64,000 nucleotides of DNA, from the NCBI GenBank assembly GCA_030535245.1, contig JAUNBJ010000002.1, forward strand, positions 2,418-66,417. Reading direction: 5' to 3'. This stretch comes from Planctomycetia bacterium (lineage in GTDB: Bacteria; Planctomycetota; Planctomycetia; Pirellulales; Thermoguttaceae). Below the pieces are notes generated by a model. It made no database searches and was not told where the DNA came from. It worked only from the letters and a program-made list of their open reading frames with translations. Numbering within the stretch: the first letter of the stretch is position 1; every line of letters starts with the position of its first letter. Positions 17,271 through 27,568 of the stretch are shown here, piece by piece. A program made the translations under genes and the position numbers.

Positions 17271-19003
17271 CGCTCATAATCGTTTGAATTCACCGCATTT
17301 CCATCGTTTCGGCGAAGGAGATTGTCCAAAACATCGAAATCCAGCAACGAGGAAAGGGAATGGACGCTTCCATCGCAAAACGCGGCAAACGAGATGGTCG
17401 GGAAAGTGGAAACCAACCCCTTTTTCGCCTCCTCATACGACACGTCTCCGCGGGGATCCATCCAGCAGACCGCTTCGCATTCGACCAGCAGGATGGTGTT
17501 GATCATCCCATCCGAAATTGCCCCGATCTTCACCCCGTGATTCTTTCCCGGCTGGGGGGCGGGGAATACGGTATCGTCTCCCACCACGACGCCAATCGTC
17601 GCTTCTTCCGGAGCCAAATCCAGAGCAGGATGCTTGAAAATGGCGGGGCACAGGTTGTGGAACTGACGATTCCATTCGCTGTCCCAGGGTTCGTCCAGGC
17701 GGATTTTCTCGTACATCGCGTACTGCTCGATAAACGGCAGCAATTGCACCCGCCACGAATGGAGCGGTTTCCCCTCCGAATCCACCGTATAAGGCAATGG
17801 GTACGCTTGATGCATCGCCTCGTAATTCAGCATGGCCAACGCTACCTGCTTGAAATGGTTGGCATACAGCGTCCGACGGGCAGCTTCCCGCGACGACTGT
17901 ACCGCCGGCAAAAGCAGCCCCATCGCCATCCCCGCCACCATAACCGCCGGCGCGGAGCTGACGTTCTGAAGCGTCGGGAATTTTTCCGGCATTGCCGCGA
18001 AGTCCCAAAACAGACGATTCCCCTCAACTGTCGGCTCCAAAAGGGTGAAATAGACCTCCATCATATCGCACATCAATGCGGTTTGCATCGGGTCGCCGTC
18101 CGCTTCCTCCTCGGCCATGGCGAGCGCTTGCGTCTGCCACTTTTCATAAACGCGACCCAAATTCCGGGCCGATTTGTCCGTCTTGGACAAAATAGACAAC
18201 TTCAGCTGATTCGTACATGGATCTACTCCCAACGCCACACGGTCCAGCCCGCGAATCACTACGTTGTCCGGCGGAATCATCAACGGAAAATCCTCGTTTT
18301 GCCGTGCCATTTCCAGCAACCCCGGAATCATCCCCGCGATAAAATCGTTCATCACAAACGCCAACTCCACCGAACACCCCTCCGTCTGGGCAAACGCCGC
18401 CGCGAACTTCTCATTCGGAGCAAACTCCTTCCGTCCGAAAAACATCTTGATGTAATCCGCCTTCAAATCCTTCTCGATAGCGGACTGCGACGGCACGAAC
18501 ACCACCGCGTCGTTGTATCGCCCGGCATGAAAATATTGCTCCATCCACGCCTGCGACGCTTGCGGCACGTTGGGAAAATCGTTGACGATCTCCTCCACGG
18601 CCTGAAGCGATGCCTCGTCTTTCGTCGTGACTGGCAGCACCAGATACACCGGCATCGACAGATCCCCCGTGTCCACCAACACGAACAGATCCCGTCCGCC
18701 CGCTTTTTGCACGATCTCGATCCGATCCTCGATCGCGTCCAGCACCTGTTCCACGCTTTTCAACGCCAACGTGATTTCATTTTCCCCCGTAAGCGTCCGT
18801 TTGAACACCGGCTTGATGGCGTTCAACCCTTCGTGAAACGTGTCGCGAAGCCGTAACTCCTGCAAATCCACATGAACGACCAACGTCGTCCCTTGCGTCG
18901 TCCACGGGGAGAGCGCCTTCATCACACGCTCGGCACCTTCCCCTGCAAACAACGTCCCCATCCCCCACCCCAACAGAACGCAAAATAGCGCACACTTCTT
19001 CAT
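17267..19003 (-). CDS. Atypical DUF1559 protein: Sec signal, about 330-aa unknown domain, internal pilin-like helix, then DUF1559
   Basis: Signal MKKCALFCVLLGWGMGTLFA. Internal MVAGMAMGLLLPAVQSSREAARR, then HSWRVQLLPFIEQ, both hallmarks of DUF1559. Its stop overlaps the kinase start as ATGA. Confidence 0.7.
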   Translation of the reverse strand: MKKCALFCVLLGWGMGTLFAGEGAERVMKALSPWTTQGTTLVVHVDLQELRLRDTFHEGLNAIKPVFKRTLTGENEITLALKSVEQVLDAIEDRIEIVQKAGGRDLFVLVDTGDLSMPVYLVLPVTTKDEASLQAVEEIVNDFPNVPQASQAWMEQYFHAGRYNDAVVFVPSQSAIEKDLKADYIKMFFGRKEFAPNEKFAAAFAQTEGCSVELAFVMNDFIAGMIPGLLEMARQNEDFPLMIPPDNVVIRGLDRVALGVDPCTNQLKLSILSKTDKSARNLGRVYEKWQTQALAMAEEEADGDPMQTALMCDMMEVYFTLLEPTVEGNRLFWDFAAMPEKFPTLQNVSSAPAVMVAGMAMGLLLPAVQSSREAARRTLYANHFKQVALAMLNYEAMHQAYPLPYTVDSEGKPLHSWRVQLLPFIEQYAMYEKIRLDEPWDSEWNRQFHNLCPAIFKHPALDLAPEEATIGVVVGDDTVFPAPQPGKNHGVKIGAISDGMINTILLVECEAVCWMDPRGDVSYEEAKKGLVSTFPTISFAAFCDGSVHSLSSLLDFDVLDNLLRRNDGNAVNSNDYER

Positions 19004-19050
19004 CGGTACTCCCTAACAGGTTAAATTACAGGGATATGCGTTATCCCCTT

Positions 19051-20535
19051 CTATTTCTTCGTTTTTTGATATTTCACAAATTCCGATTCCTGAAGCGTCA
19101 GCAGGCTTTTCTCCGTCACGAACACCGGCGCGTCGTAAACCGGAACGGTCAGTTTCAGGTTTTCCCCTTCCACCACCATCCTGTCGGCGGGAATGGCATA
19201 CGCGTTTCCGGTGAGCGTGTCCACCCAGACCGGCTCCTTCCAGTTCGGATTCTTCCATGTAAACGTGGCCTGAACCGTTTCGTTCTGATCCGTCGGTCGC
19301 CCCGATTTTTCCCAGAACACCAAAATCGGCACCCCCGTTTTCACATCCTTGTGCCCGTACGCCGCGACCGGCTTGTCGCACGTCACGTCACACGCAAAAT
19401 CCTCCACCCACTCCACCGAATCGTTGAACACCGACACGATATTCTGCACCGCATAATATGCCAGCTTGACTTTCAACACCCGGAAATTCTCGGCCTGCCC
19501 CGCCGTTTTCAGCAGTCCGTACCGCACCAGCCCGTTGTGGAAACTGGTCGTCCGATAATCCAGGTCGGCGGCGGTGAAGACCTCCGAATCGGCACCATGG
19601 CTGATGTCGCCCAACATACGACGCGCATCCCACTTCGCCTGCGTCAGTTCCGTCCAGGGGGTCTTGCACAACGCACCGTTCAGGCACCATTCCGACTGCG
19701 TTCCCGATTCCCCCTGCCACAGGCGGAGGTTCGGGTTGTACCGCTTCACGATCTCACGCACTTCGTCCACCCGCGCGTACGGGTCGTCCGGGTTGGCGGT
19801 ATAGTGATGGTAGACAATCCACTGGAACAGGTCGCGTTTTCCACGCTTTTCCAACTCCTGAAGGAACGGCTCGATGATTTTTTTATTCGGACTGCAAATG
19901 GCCAACGCGGCAATCCGGGCGTCCGGAATCTCCCGACGAATGATCTCCGCCGTACGAATATTGAAATCGGCAATCTTCACGACATTGTTCGCCCCGAACA
20001 GCTCCGGTTCGTTCCAGACGCACCAGTCCTTAACCTTGTCCCGATACCGCCGGGCCATCGTTTCGACCCACTTGTCCCACGCTTTCAGCCCCACTTCCGA
20101 CGTCGGCATACCGCCGGCCAGCGTTCGACCGCCGCCCCCCTCGTACGCCGGGTTGCCATACGACGTTTCCAGCCAGACCGTCAGCCCACGCGCATACGCA
20201 TCGTTGATGATTCCATCCAGCCAGCCAAAATCGTAAATGCCGGGATCCTTCTCGCAGCGTGCCCATCCCGCCTGCAAACGAATCCGCTGAATCCCCAACG
20301 GCGGCAGGTATTCCTTCCACGCTTGATAATCCGAGTATTCCCGGTCGATCGTCTCGCAACCCAGCGTCCAACGCGACGTCGAAATCTCCTCCACGCTTTT
20401 CGGTGTCAGCGTTCCCACCTGCGTCATTTGCGGGTCGAGCGTCGTCTGAACACGCGTCGGCGTATTGTCAATCACCTGCGACCAGGCCAGTCCAGACCAC
20501 AGCAACACACTCCAAAACACCCATCGCTTTTTCAT
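19051..20535 (-). CDS. Secreted clan GH-A type glycoside hydrolase, family not assigned
   Basis: Signal MKKRWVFWSVLLWSGLAWSQ. TIM-barrel-like pattern with WCVWNEPE (NEP acid/base motif context). Confidence 0.6.
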   Translation of the reverse strand: MKKRWVFWSVLLWSGLAWSQVIDNTPTRVQTTLDPQMTQVGTLTPKSVEEISTSRWTLGCETIDREYSDYQAWKEYLPPLGIQRIRLQAGWARCEKDPGIYDFGWLDGIINDAYARGLTVWLETSYGNPAYEGGGGRTLAGGMPTSEVGLKAWDKWVETMARRYRDKVKDWCVWNEPELFGANNVVKIADFNIRTAEIIRREIPDARIAALAICSPNKKIIEPFLQELEKRGKRDLFQWIVYHHYTANPDDPYARVDEVREIVKRYNPNLRLWQGESGTQSEWCLNGALCKTPWTELTQAKWDARRMLGDISHGADSEVFTAADLDYRTTSFHNGLVRYGLLKTAGQAENFRVLKVKLAYYAVQNIVSVFNDSVEWVEDFACDVTCDKPVAAYGHKDVKTGVPILVFWEKSGRPTDQNETVQATFTWKNPNWKEPVWVDTLTGNAYAIPADRMVVEGENLKLTVPVYDAPVFVTEKSLLTLQESEFVKYQKTKK

Positions 20536-20564
20536 AAAAAACCTTCCTTTCGTTCTTTTTTTTG

Positions 20565-23500
20565 TTAACGAAACATCATCAACGGAAACAAATGTGGATT
20601 ATTCTCGCAGGCCATCCCCGCGTCCACCGCATTCGACAACCCCCGCGCTTTTGCCGGAACCGCCGCGTCGTCTCGATCGTGAACAAACAGCCCAAAACCG
20701 GTCGTGAACCCCTCCTCCAGCCGAATCGGACGGAGGAATTTCTCCGGAAACGTGATCGTGTAAACATACCCCATATCCGTCTTTTCCCATTGCGACACAA
20801 TCTGCTTTTGTGCGTCGGCCTTCGTCGGCATGTCCAGACCGTCGGCAAACTGCCCATTGACCTCCCGCAGCCGCCAGACCGCCGACCGCTTTGAGGTGGG
20901 GTCGCGTGGTGGCGCAAAATCATAGCAGTAGTCGTCCTGATCGTACCCCTTCACCTGTTTTTTTCTCGCGTTGGCGCCGCAGTCGAAATAGACCTCCACG
21001 CAGGCGTCCCACCGATGCAGCAACTGCTCGGCCAGCGGGTCGTTCCACAGTTCCGGAAAATCCAACACCCGGTCGTCCGTCACCGTCACCCGCAGGAAGA
21101 AATTCGCCTCGTTCCACGCCGCCTGATACGAAACCTCCAAATCCCCCTCCTTGCCCACCTCCGGCAAAACCGAGGAACCGTTTACCTTCACGTATTTCCG
21201 AAAACGATTCGTAAGCGGTATCGAGGGAATCGTACTCCAATCGGGCGTTTTCCCGCACTTCGGAACGTAAAAATAATCCATCGTCCAGGTCTGACGAACC
21301 GGGCGTCCCCCCTTGGGAACCATCGTGTAATCCCTCGCGAACGCGTACCTTTTCCCCGCTTCCGCCCCCAGGGGAACGTCCGGAATCGGCAGGGATACCG
21401 TCGCGTTGGCCGCCACGTCGTAATCCAACGTCGCCCCGCCGTCCCATTCCAGTTTTCCGGACTGCGGCATTCCTGTGAGATTCTGAATCACGCTCCGCAC
21501 CGTCCCATCTTTTTGCGGCTCCACCGACAGACGAACCGCCACTGTCGGATCGTCTATCGACGCTGAAAGCAGCGACGCACATAGCTTGTCCAGATCGCGA
21601 GCCTTCACAAAAAGCGGCGCGGGCGTCAGCGGAATTTGCGTCCATCCCTTCTTTTTCAAGGCGATTCGCTGGTTTCCCATCAGGTCGTAAAACGTCACGG
21701 GCTGATCCAGTTGGACCTCCAGCACCGCCCCCGTTTTGATCCCGTTGTCCACGTCCGGGTCGGTACTCCAAAGCGCCACCAGCCCCGAACCGTCCGGCAG
21801 CTTAAACGCATAACCCCGCACGTTGGCAAACGGTCGCACGTCCCGGTAAAACGCCACGTCCCCCATCAGGTGCCCCAGCGTGTTGACCGCCTTGCAAAAC
21901 AGATACGGCGACAAATCCCGATCCATGTACGGACAGGATCGCCAAATATTCGCGTGCTGAACCTGCGGGAAAAATTTCAGGCAAAGGATGTACGTCCGGG
22001 CAATGCACGACGCCTGCACCCATTCCCGATTGCCAAAATCGTAAGAAAATTTCCCCCACAACCACGAATCGCCCCACTGCCCCTGCCCCCAAAGCGGGTA
22101 GAATCCCTCCGGAATATTAAACAGCTCGGTGAAGAAAATCGGCGTCTCTTTCCCATAACCATAACGCGCCATCTGCGCCACCAGCCGCTGCGTTTCCTCG
22201 TCCAAATCCAGTCCGGAAAGCGCTCCGCGATCCAGATTCCAATACGGATGAACGGCAATCGCGTCGTACTTAAACTTGTGCCGCACCGACGCCGCCAAAT
22301 ACCCCTCGATCGCGTCGTACCCCCGCAAAAGCGAATACCCCGACGTGCCGCAGGTCGGAACGATCACCGCGTCGGGATTCGACCGCTTCACCCCACGCGC
22401 CACCGCCGACTGCGCCTTGAAATATTCGTCGAATTTCTTGCCGGCGACAAGCACGCTCCCTTCTTCCTCGTTGCCAAATCCCCAGACCGGAAAAAGGTCT
22501 TTCGGAAACCGCTCTGCCATCTGGTACGCGTGCTGCTCGATGTATTTCTCCCGCTCGGGCGTGATTTCCGTCCATTCTTTATAACCACGCAGAACGTCGG
22601 TAACTTCCTTCGGCCCCATTCCGGCAACCCCATGGAAAAAGTTCTGTATCCGATATTCCCGCATGAAATCGACCACCCCATTTTCCAGCTGCTCCAGCCC
22701 CCCCCAACTGGTCGAGCCAAAACCCCATTCCATGTACTTCCGCGCCAGGCGTGGACTCAAATCGTTCAACCCAAAACCGAGCAGATTGCCGAAAACGTTC
22801 TTCGTTTTATGCGTGTTGGAAAGCGGCGTCATGATGGAAAAACGGAAATAGTCCCGCCATTTCTGCCCGTCGGCCTCGTACGTCACTTTCAGATTGTATA
22901 TCCCCGTCCCCAGGTTTGCGGCGTCGAAATCCAACGGAATCGTTTTCGTGCCATCCTCGCGAAACGTGACGTTGTACCGCTTGCGAAAAAACGACTCCCG
23001 ATACGCATTCACCACTTCCAGCGTCACCGCACCCCGAACCCCCTTTTTCCCATAGCACGCAAAACGAGCCTCGATCGGTTCCCCATAGACCAAATCGTTC
23101 CACGGATTCGACGTCCGCAACATCCCCGAAAGAAGCGGCTCCACGTACTCCGTCGGCAGACTCCCCTCCTCCAGCTGGAAACCGTCCAAAAGCGTGTTTC
23201 CGCTGCCGCTGATCTCAAAAAACAGCCCGGCACCGTCGTCCGTCCATGTCCGATGATACCGCTGCCACTCGGTCGTGACCGAAACCCTGGAATCGGGATG
23301 ACTCATGTTTTTCAGCCAGTGAAACTGCCCGCCGTTGGCTCCGCTGGCAAGGGTGACGTTGATCGTCGTTGGCTTTTCGGACTTCGCGTAAAAACTGACC
23401 GTGTACGTCTTCCCCTTTTCCAGCGGATAGACAAAACTGGCCACCCCCGACACCCAATGCTGCGAGTTGGACCGCAAAATCAACGCGTGCTTCCCGAACA

Positions 23501-24578
23501 TCCCCCCTTCCACAATATCGTATCGCGGCAGCGGGTCGGGCGTGTAGCGTGCCCCCCCGGCAATCCCTTTCCAATAGCGAAATCCCTGCTCGAAACTGCC
23601 GTTACGCATCAGGTTCCGCCCCCCAGGGAATGGCACGTCGATCCCGTCAAACGCCCAAAAATCATGCCCGTTCACCGGTGGCAATGCCGTCGCCGCCGTT
23701 TCCGCCTCCCCCAAATCGATCACCACCCGATATTGCATCAACCCCTGCGTCCGCCAAATCGCATGGTAACGCTCCTCTCCGTACGGTTGGGAAATCGTCA
23801 AATGTTCCTCCAGATTCCCCTGAAGTTCCGCCCACTGAATCGAAAAATCTTTCCCCGGCGACTCGGCCGCGTACGTGAAATCCCCCTTCACCCTCCACGA
23901 AGCCCCGTTCTTTTCCAGCAAATCCCGACGGCTCCCCTGAATCCATTCCTCCCCACCCCAGGTCAGTTTCTTCCCCCGATACGCCCTCTCCATGTTAAAC
24001 CACAACCCGGGCGCAATGGATTTTTTTTGCTCCGCCAGCCTCTCCAGCTCCTCTTGCGGTGCCGTCACTTCCCAGACCAACGCCACCTGTCCGTCCCCAA
24101 TGGCGGTGAGCGTATAGGTGAACCGCCCCTTCGCCCCACTTGTAAACGCGAACGGACGCTCGTAACGAATCCAGCCCCTTTCCTGGTCAAACGAAAGCCG
24201 CCCCGGATCGTCGGCAATCTCCGGGTAGGGATACCCAAAACCACCCCCCTCGCCCGGAATGACGCCCCACCACGAAAGCCGCCCCACCTGTTTGCCGTCC
24301 ACGTAAATTGTCGGTGCGTTCTGGACATCCGGACGATTCGTGCCGTTGTCTTTCCGCACATGAATCGCCTTGTTCCCCATCTGGAAATACGGCAACGCAC
24401 ACCGCTTGATTTCCTTCGCCCCATGCGGTTGATACGTGAAGGTATCGACTTTCAATTCCGGCTTGAACCGCTTCCGAACATGCTTCGCCAATACCGGCTT
24501 GGCCACCGGCAACGGGCGTAAATCCTCCGCCGTCACCGAAATCGAGAACAAAACCCAAAGGATCAAAATTTTCTTCAT
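20565..24578 (-). CDS. Large secreted multidomain carbohydrate-active protein (CBM4_9-like, GH-A-like barrel, CBM9/DOMON-like C-terminus)
   Basis: 1337 aa with signal MKKILILWVLFSISVTA. NGSFEQGFRYWKG (CBM4_9-like), WGFGNEEEG (NE acid/base-like), C-terminal YQAAWNEANFFLRVTVTDD (CBM9-like). Confidence 0.6.
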   Translation of the reverse strand: MKKILILWVLFSISVTAEDLRPLPVAKPVLAKHVRKRFKPELKVDTFTYQPHGAKEIKRCALPYFQMGNKAIHVRKDNGTNRPDVQNAPTIYVDGKQVGRLSWWGVIPGEGGGFGYPYPEIADDPGRLSFDQERGWIRYERPFAFTSGAKGRFTYTLTAIGDGQVALVWEVTAPQEELERLAEQKKSIAPGLWFNMERAYRGKKLTWGGEEWIQGSRRDLLEKNGASWRVKGDFTYAAESPGKDFSIQWAELQGNLEEHLTISQPYGEERYHAIWRTQGLMQYRVVIDLGEAETAATALPPVNGHDFWAFDGIDVPFPGGRNLMRNGSFEQGFRYWKGIAGGARYTPDPLPRYDIVEGGMFGKHALILRSNSQHWVSGVASFVYPLEKGKTYTVSFYAKSEKPTTINVTLASGANGGQFHWLKNMSHPDSRVSVTTEWQRYHRTWTDDGAGLFFEISGSGNTLLDGFQLEEGSLPTEYVEPLLSGMLRTSNPWNDLVYGEPIEARFACYGKKGVRGAVTLEVVNAYRESFFRKRYNVTFREDGTKTIPLDFDAANLGTGIYNLKVTYEADGQKWRDYFRFSIMTPLSNTHKTKNVFGNLLGFGLNDLSPRLARKYMEWGFGSTSWGGLEQLENGVVDFMREYRIQNFFHGVAGMGPKEVTDVLRGYKEWTEITPEREKYIEQHAYQMAERFPKDLFPVWGFGNEEEGSVLVAGKKFDEYFKAQSAVARGVKRSNPDAVIVPTCGTSGYSLLRGYDAIEGYLAASVRHKFKYDAIAVHPYWNLDRGALSGLDLDEETQRLVAQMARYGYGKETPIFFTELFNIPEGFYPLWGQGQWGDSWLWGKFSYDFGNREWVQASCIARTYILCLKFFPQVQHANIWRSCPYMDRDLSPYLFCKAVNTLGHLMGDVAFYRDVRPFANVRGYAFKLPDGSGLVALWSTDPDVDNGIKTGAVLEVQLDQPVTFYDLMGNQRIALKKKGWTQIPLTPAPLFVKARDLDKLCASLLSASIDDPTVAVRLSVEPQKDGTVRSVIQNLTGMPQSGKLEWDGGATLDYDVAANATVSLPIPDVPLGAEAGKRYAFARDYTMVPKGGRPVRQTWTMDYFYVPKCGKTPDWSTIPSIPLTNRFRKYVKVNGSSVLPEVGKEGDLEVSYQAAWNEANFFLRVTVTDDRVLDFPELWNDPLAEQLLHRWDACVEVYFDCGANARKKQVKGYDQDDYCYDFAPPRDPTSKRSAVWRLREVNGQFADGLDMPTKADAQKQIVSQWEKTDMGYVYTITFPEKFLRPIRLEEGFTTGFGLFVHDRDDAAVPAKARGLSNAVDAGMACENNPHLFPLMMFR

Positions 24579-24685
24579 GCGTGCTCGCTTCCTGCCCGAC
24601 GCAATCCCCCCACCCCATTTCGGATAGGGAAATCGCGTTTTTTCATCACCTATTTCCTGACGTTCCTTTCAAGTCGTGGGGAAAA

Positions 24686-26014
24686 TCAAATTTCCAACTT
24701 CCACGGCTTGCGGTATTCGTAATGCAGCATTTCGTTGGCCGCGTCGCAGTTGGTGAACCGCTCCGCCTGAGCGTCCCATTCCAAACGCTGCTTCATGGCC
24801 AGAGAAATGTTCGCGATGTGGCTCATGGTGGTGCTGCGGTGCCCTTCCTCCACGTCGCAGTTGGGCTTTTGACGCGTACGTACGCAGTCCAGAAAGTTCT
24901 TCGCATGGAGCTGTTCGATCTCCAAAAGCGGCGTGCCGGGAAATTCGCGGGCTTCGCTGCGTGGTTTGTGGTCGGTAAAACGCCCGCCCCGTTCGGGATA
25001 AATCTTCACATGCCGGTCGGTGATGTACATCGTGCCGTCGGTACCCCGAAGCTCCATTTCGCCCAGGGAACGGTAGTTCGCGTCGGTCGCAAACATGGGA
25101 TTCCCCGTACCTTCCGAATGAATGAACGTCATCAGACGCCCGGAAGCAAACGCAAACACCGAGTGCAGCGTGTCGGGAATATCGCGGTCGTCGTCCACCA
25201 CGTATTGCCCGCCCATGGCACAAACGGACGTCGGAGCCGTTTCCCCCAGAATCCATCGCATGGCGTCGAGGTAATGAACCCCCCAGTTCCCCATCTGCGA
25301 GGAATAGAGGTGCCACCAGCGGAATTTGTACGGCGCGATGTTCTCCTGAAACGGACGCTCCGGACGCGGGCCAAGCCACAAATCCCAGTCGAGCGTCTCC
25401 GGCGGGGCGACCGGCTGGCAGTGCCCGATTCCGTTGGGGAAGTGGTTGCTGGCGTGAAAACTGTTGGCCATGGTGACGAAACCGCAGAGCTTGTCGCCGC
25501 CCGTTTCGGCCAGTTTCCGGTAATGCGGAGCACTTCTCCGGTGCGTCCCAACCTGCACGACCCGGTTGTACTTTCGGGCCGCATCGACCATGACGCGTCC
25601 TTCATGAACCGTCACACACAACGGCTTTTCGCAGTACACATCCTTTCCCGCCTTGCACGCTTCGACCGTCATCACCGCATGCCAGTGGTCGGGCGTGGCG
25701 ATCACGATCGCATCCACGTCGTTTCGCGCAAGCACTTCTCGGAAATCCTTCGTGGCAAACGGTTTGTTGCCATGCGCCTCCATCACTTTACCGAGCGTGA
25801 CGGAATCGACGTCGCACAGGGCGGTCAGCTCCAGATCGTCGGGATTGTCCTCGAACGCCCGGATCAGCTGGCCGCCACGATTGGCAATGCCGATGAATCC
25901 ACAACGAACCCGGTCGTTCGCCCCCAGAATACGCGCCCCGGAAGTGGAAGTTTGCAGCGCCGCCAGCCCAAACGCGGTTGTGGCCACCGATTTAGAAAAT
26001 GTACGTCGGTTCAT
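24686..26014 (-). CDS. TAT-signal Gfo/Idh/MocA oxidoreductase (a GH109-like NAD-dependent glycosidase cannot be excluded)
   Basis: Start MNRRTFSKSVATTAFGLAAL at 26012-26014 with GGAG 6 nt upstream. Twin-Arg motif. Rossmann segment VRCGFIGIANRG. Typical EKP motif (CEKPL). Confidence 0.75.
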   Translation of the reverse strand: MNRRTFSKSVATTAFGLAALQTSTSGARILGANDRVRCGFIGIANRGGQLIRAFEDNPDDLELTALCDVDSVTLGKVMEAHGNKPFATKDFREVLARNDVDAIVIATPDHWHAVMTVEACKAGKDVYCEKPLCVTVHEGRVMVDAARKYNRVVQVGTHRRSAPHYRKLAETGGDKLCGFVTMANSFHASNHFPNGIGHCQPVAPPETLDWDLWLGPRPERPFQENIAPYKFRWWHLYSSQMGNWGVHYLDAMRWILGETAPTSVCAMGGQYVVDDDRDIPDTLHSVFAFASGRLMTFIHSEGTGNPMFATDANYRSLGEMELRGTDGTMYITDRHVKIYPERGGRFTDHKPRSEAREFPGTPLLEIEQLHAKNFLDCVRTRQKPNCDVEEGHRSTTMSHIANISLAMKQRLEWDAQAERFTNCDAANEMLHYEYRKPWKLEI

Positions 26015-26091
26015 AAAAAACTCCATTTAAGGTTAGGAAAAACTATTGGATACGGCATCGAAGCGTAAAGCTCCACGTCCCTAATGTAATT

Positions 26092-27342
26092 TTAATCGCG
26101 AACGCTGGGATCGCTCGGAACGTTTGTTGAAGCCCAACATTCCATCAATATTTTCAAAAATTCCGCCCCGCGTGCCTGCGAATCGGGGACGTTGGCAAAC
26201 GTTCCGGTTTTGCGATTCCGGTTTATCTTCTGCTCAATCATCAACGTCGGCACACGGTGCCCCCACCAAAGGTCGAACGTCGATGGCACGGCGGTTTCCT
26301 GCTCGAAAATCGTGATCGGATGATTCGCATTCGGGTCGTAAAAAGGGGTTTCGGCAAGCGCTTTCTCGATCGCCCGGAACTTCGGCCAATCCCGCACCCT
26401 GTCGCCCGCAGCGTCAATGTAATCGGTATGCGTGTCGTTGTGTAAATTCACCACCAAATCGAGCGGAAGCCGGGCATGTTCGTCGAGAATGTCCTTCTTC
26501 ACGTACCACACCTCCGGACGCACGTCTCGCATCTTGGTTTTCGTTACGTCCACCTCGTTCCAGCGGCGGTTCACGTCGTACCCGTTGCCATTAAATCGGA
26601 TACGCCCATGCTCCACCCCGTCGCCATCCACGATCGGAATCACGTAAAACACCCCCTTTTGACGCAGCTTTGCCCCGGCATCCGAAATCAGGAAACGGAT
26701 CATTCCATCCGCCTGCCACGATGTGTGCGCCTCCCACGCATGCTGCCGGGCAAGGATGTAAAAACGCTTCTTTCCCGCCTCCGGAACCGCAAAGTCCGTC
26801 ACGGTAAACCGCACGATCGGTCGCCCTTCCAACGATTTTCCAATTTCCTGCATACGAACGTTCGGGGAATCGGCTACGGCGGTTTTCAACGCCTCCCAAT
26901 GCCGCTGCACATACAGGGCCGTATAGGCGACCCATACCGTCCTGCCAACCGCCGGAACCGTCACGGAAAGCGTCCGCCGCTCGTCGTCCCAAATCGAGTT
27001 TTCCGGCGGAACGTGCGTCCATGCGTCCCCATCCGTCGAGTAAACCGGACACTGCCCCAGCCATCGCGGTCGCGTCGGACGCCCGTTGTACACCGCGTCG
27101 AAGTCATGAAAAATCAGCGTCGTCGGCCCCGATACGTTCTCCATACGAAACGCGAACCATGTGGACTGCGTGTTGAGTCGTTTCTCATCGCACTGACGCG
27201 GCATGGCGATACGATAGACGTTTTCTCCCGCCTTCTCGATTTTTCCCACCGAGCCACCCGGAAAATCCGCCGAAAAACGTACCTCCTCCGCCAGCGCTCC
27301 AATCCCCAAAAAACATAAGCCGATCCAAAAATATTTGTTCAT
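26092..27342 (-). CDS. Secreted M14-family zinc carboxypeptidase-like protein
   Basis: Start MNKYFWIGLCFLGIGALA at 27340-27342 with an AAGGAG RBS. HxxE zinc motif (QHAWEAHTSW). N-terminal beta-rich domain. Confidence 0.6.
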   Translation of the reverse strand: MNKYFWIGLCFLGIGALAEEVRFSADFPGGSVGKIEKAGENVYRIAMPRQCDEKRLNTQSTWFAFRMENVSGPTTLIFHDFDAVYNGRPTRPRWLGQCPVYSTDGDAWTHVPPENSIWDDERRTLSVTVPAVGRTVWVAYTALYVQRHWEALKTAVADSPNVRMQEIGKSLEGRPIVRFTVTDFAVPEAGKKRFYILARQHAWEAHTSWQADGMIRFLISDAGAKLRQKGVFYVIPIVDGDGVEHGRIRFNGNGYDVNRRWNEVDVTKTKMRDVRPEVWYVKKDILDEHARLPLDLVVNLHNDTHTDYIDAAGDRVRDWPKFRAIEKALAETPFYDPNANHPITIFEQETAVPSTFDLWWGHRVPTLMIEQKINRNRKTGTFANVPDSQARGAEFLKILMECWASTNVPSDPSVRD

Positions 27343-27568
27343 CAACCGCTCCTTTTCCTCCATTCTAACATTTTCCCCCAACCTTTACAAGGACACGCAT
27401 TAATGGTTAATTAGCAAATCTGTATGGTGAATCTTATTTGCATTTCCATCCCTTAAGGCAAATTTCAATTTTGGAAAAGACACTCCTTGCGGGAACGGGG
27501 GACAAAAGGTATAATAAGGTTCTACGTTTGTAAGTCCGTTTGGCCCCCCATTAAGGAGGATACTAAAG

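Noticed and set aside
21636-24521. 961-aa plus-strand ORF opposite the 1337-aa secreted glycosidase gene. Similar long antisense or alternative-frame ORFs occur at 11786-13876, 10234-11397, 17360-18856, 19036-20568, 24581-26068, 36806-38512, 39827-42034, 42236-43075, 43316-44047 and 46878-48266.
   Set aside because: Their translations are Arg/Pro/His-rich low-complexity strings with no motifs, RBS or signal features. They mirror well-supported genes on the other strand. Such stop-free shadow frames are expected in GC-rich DNA.
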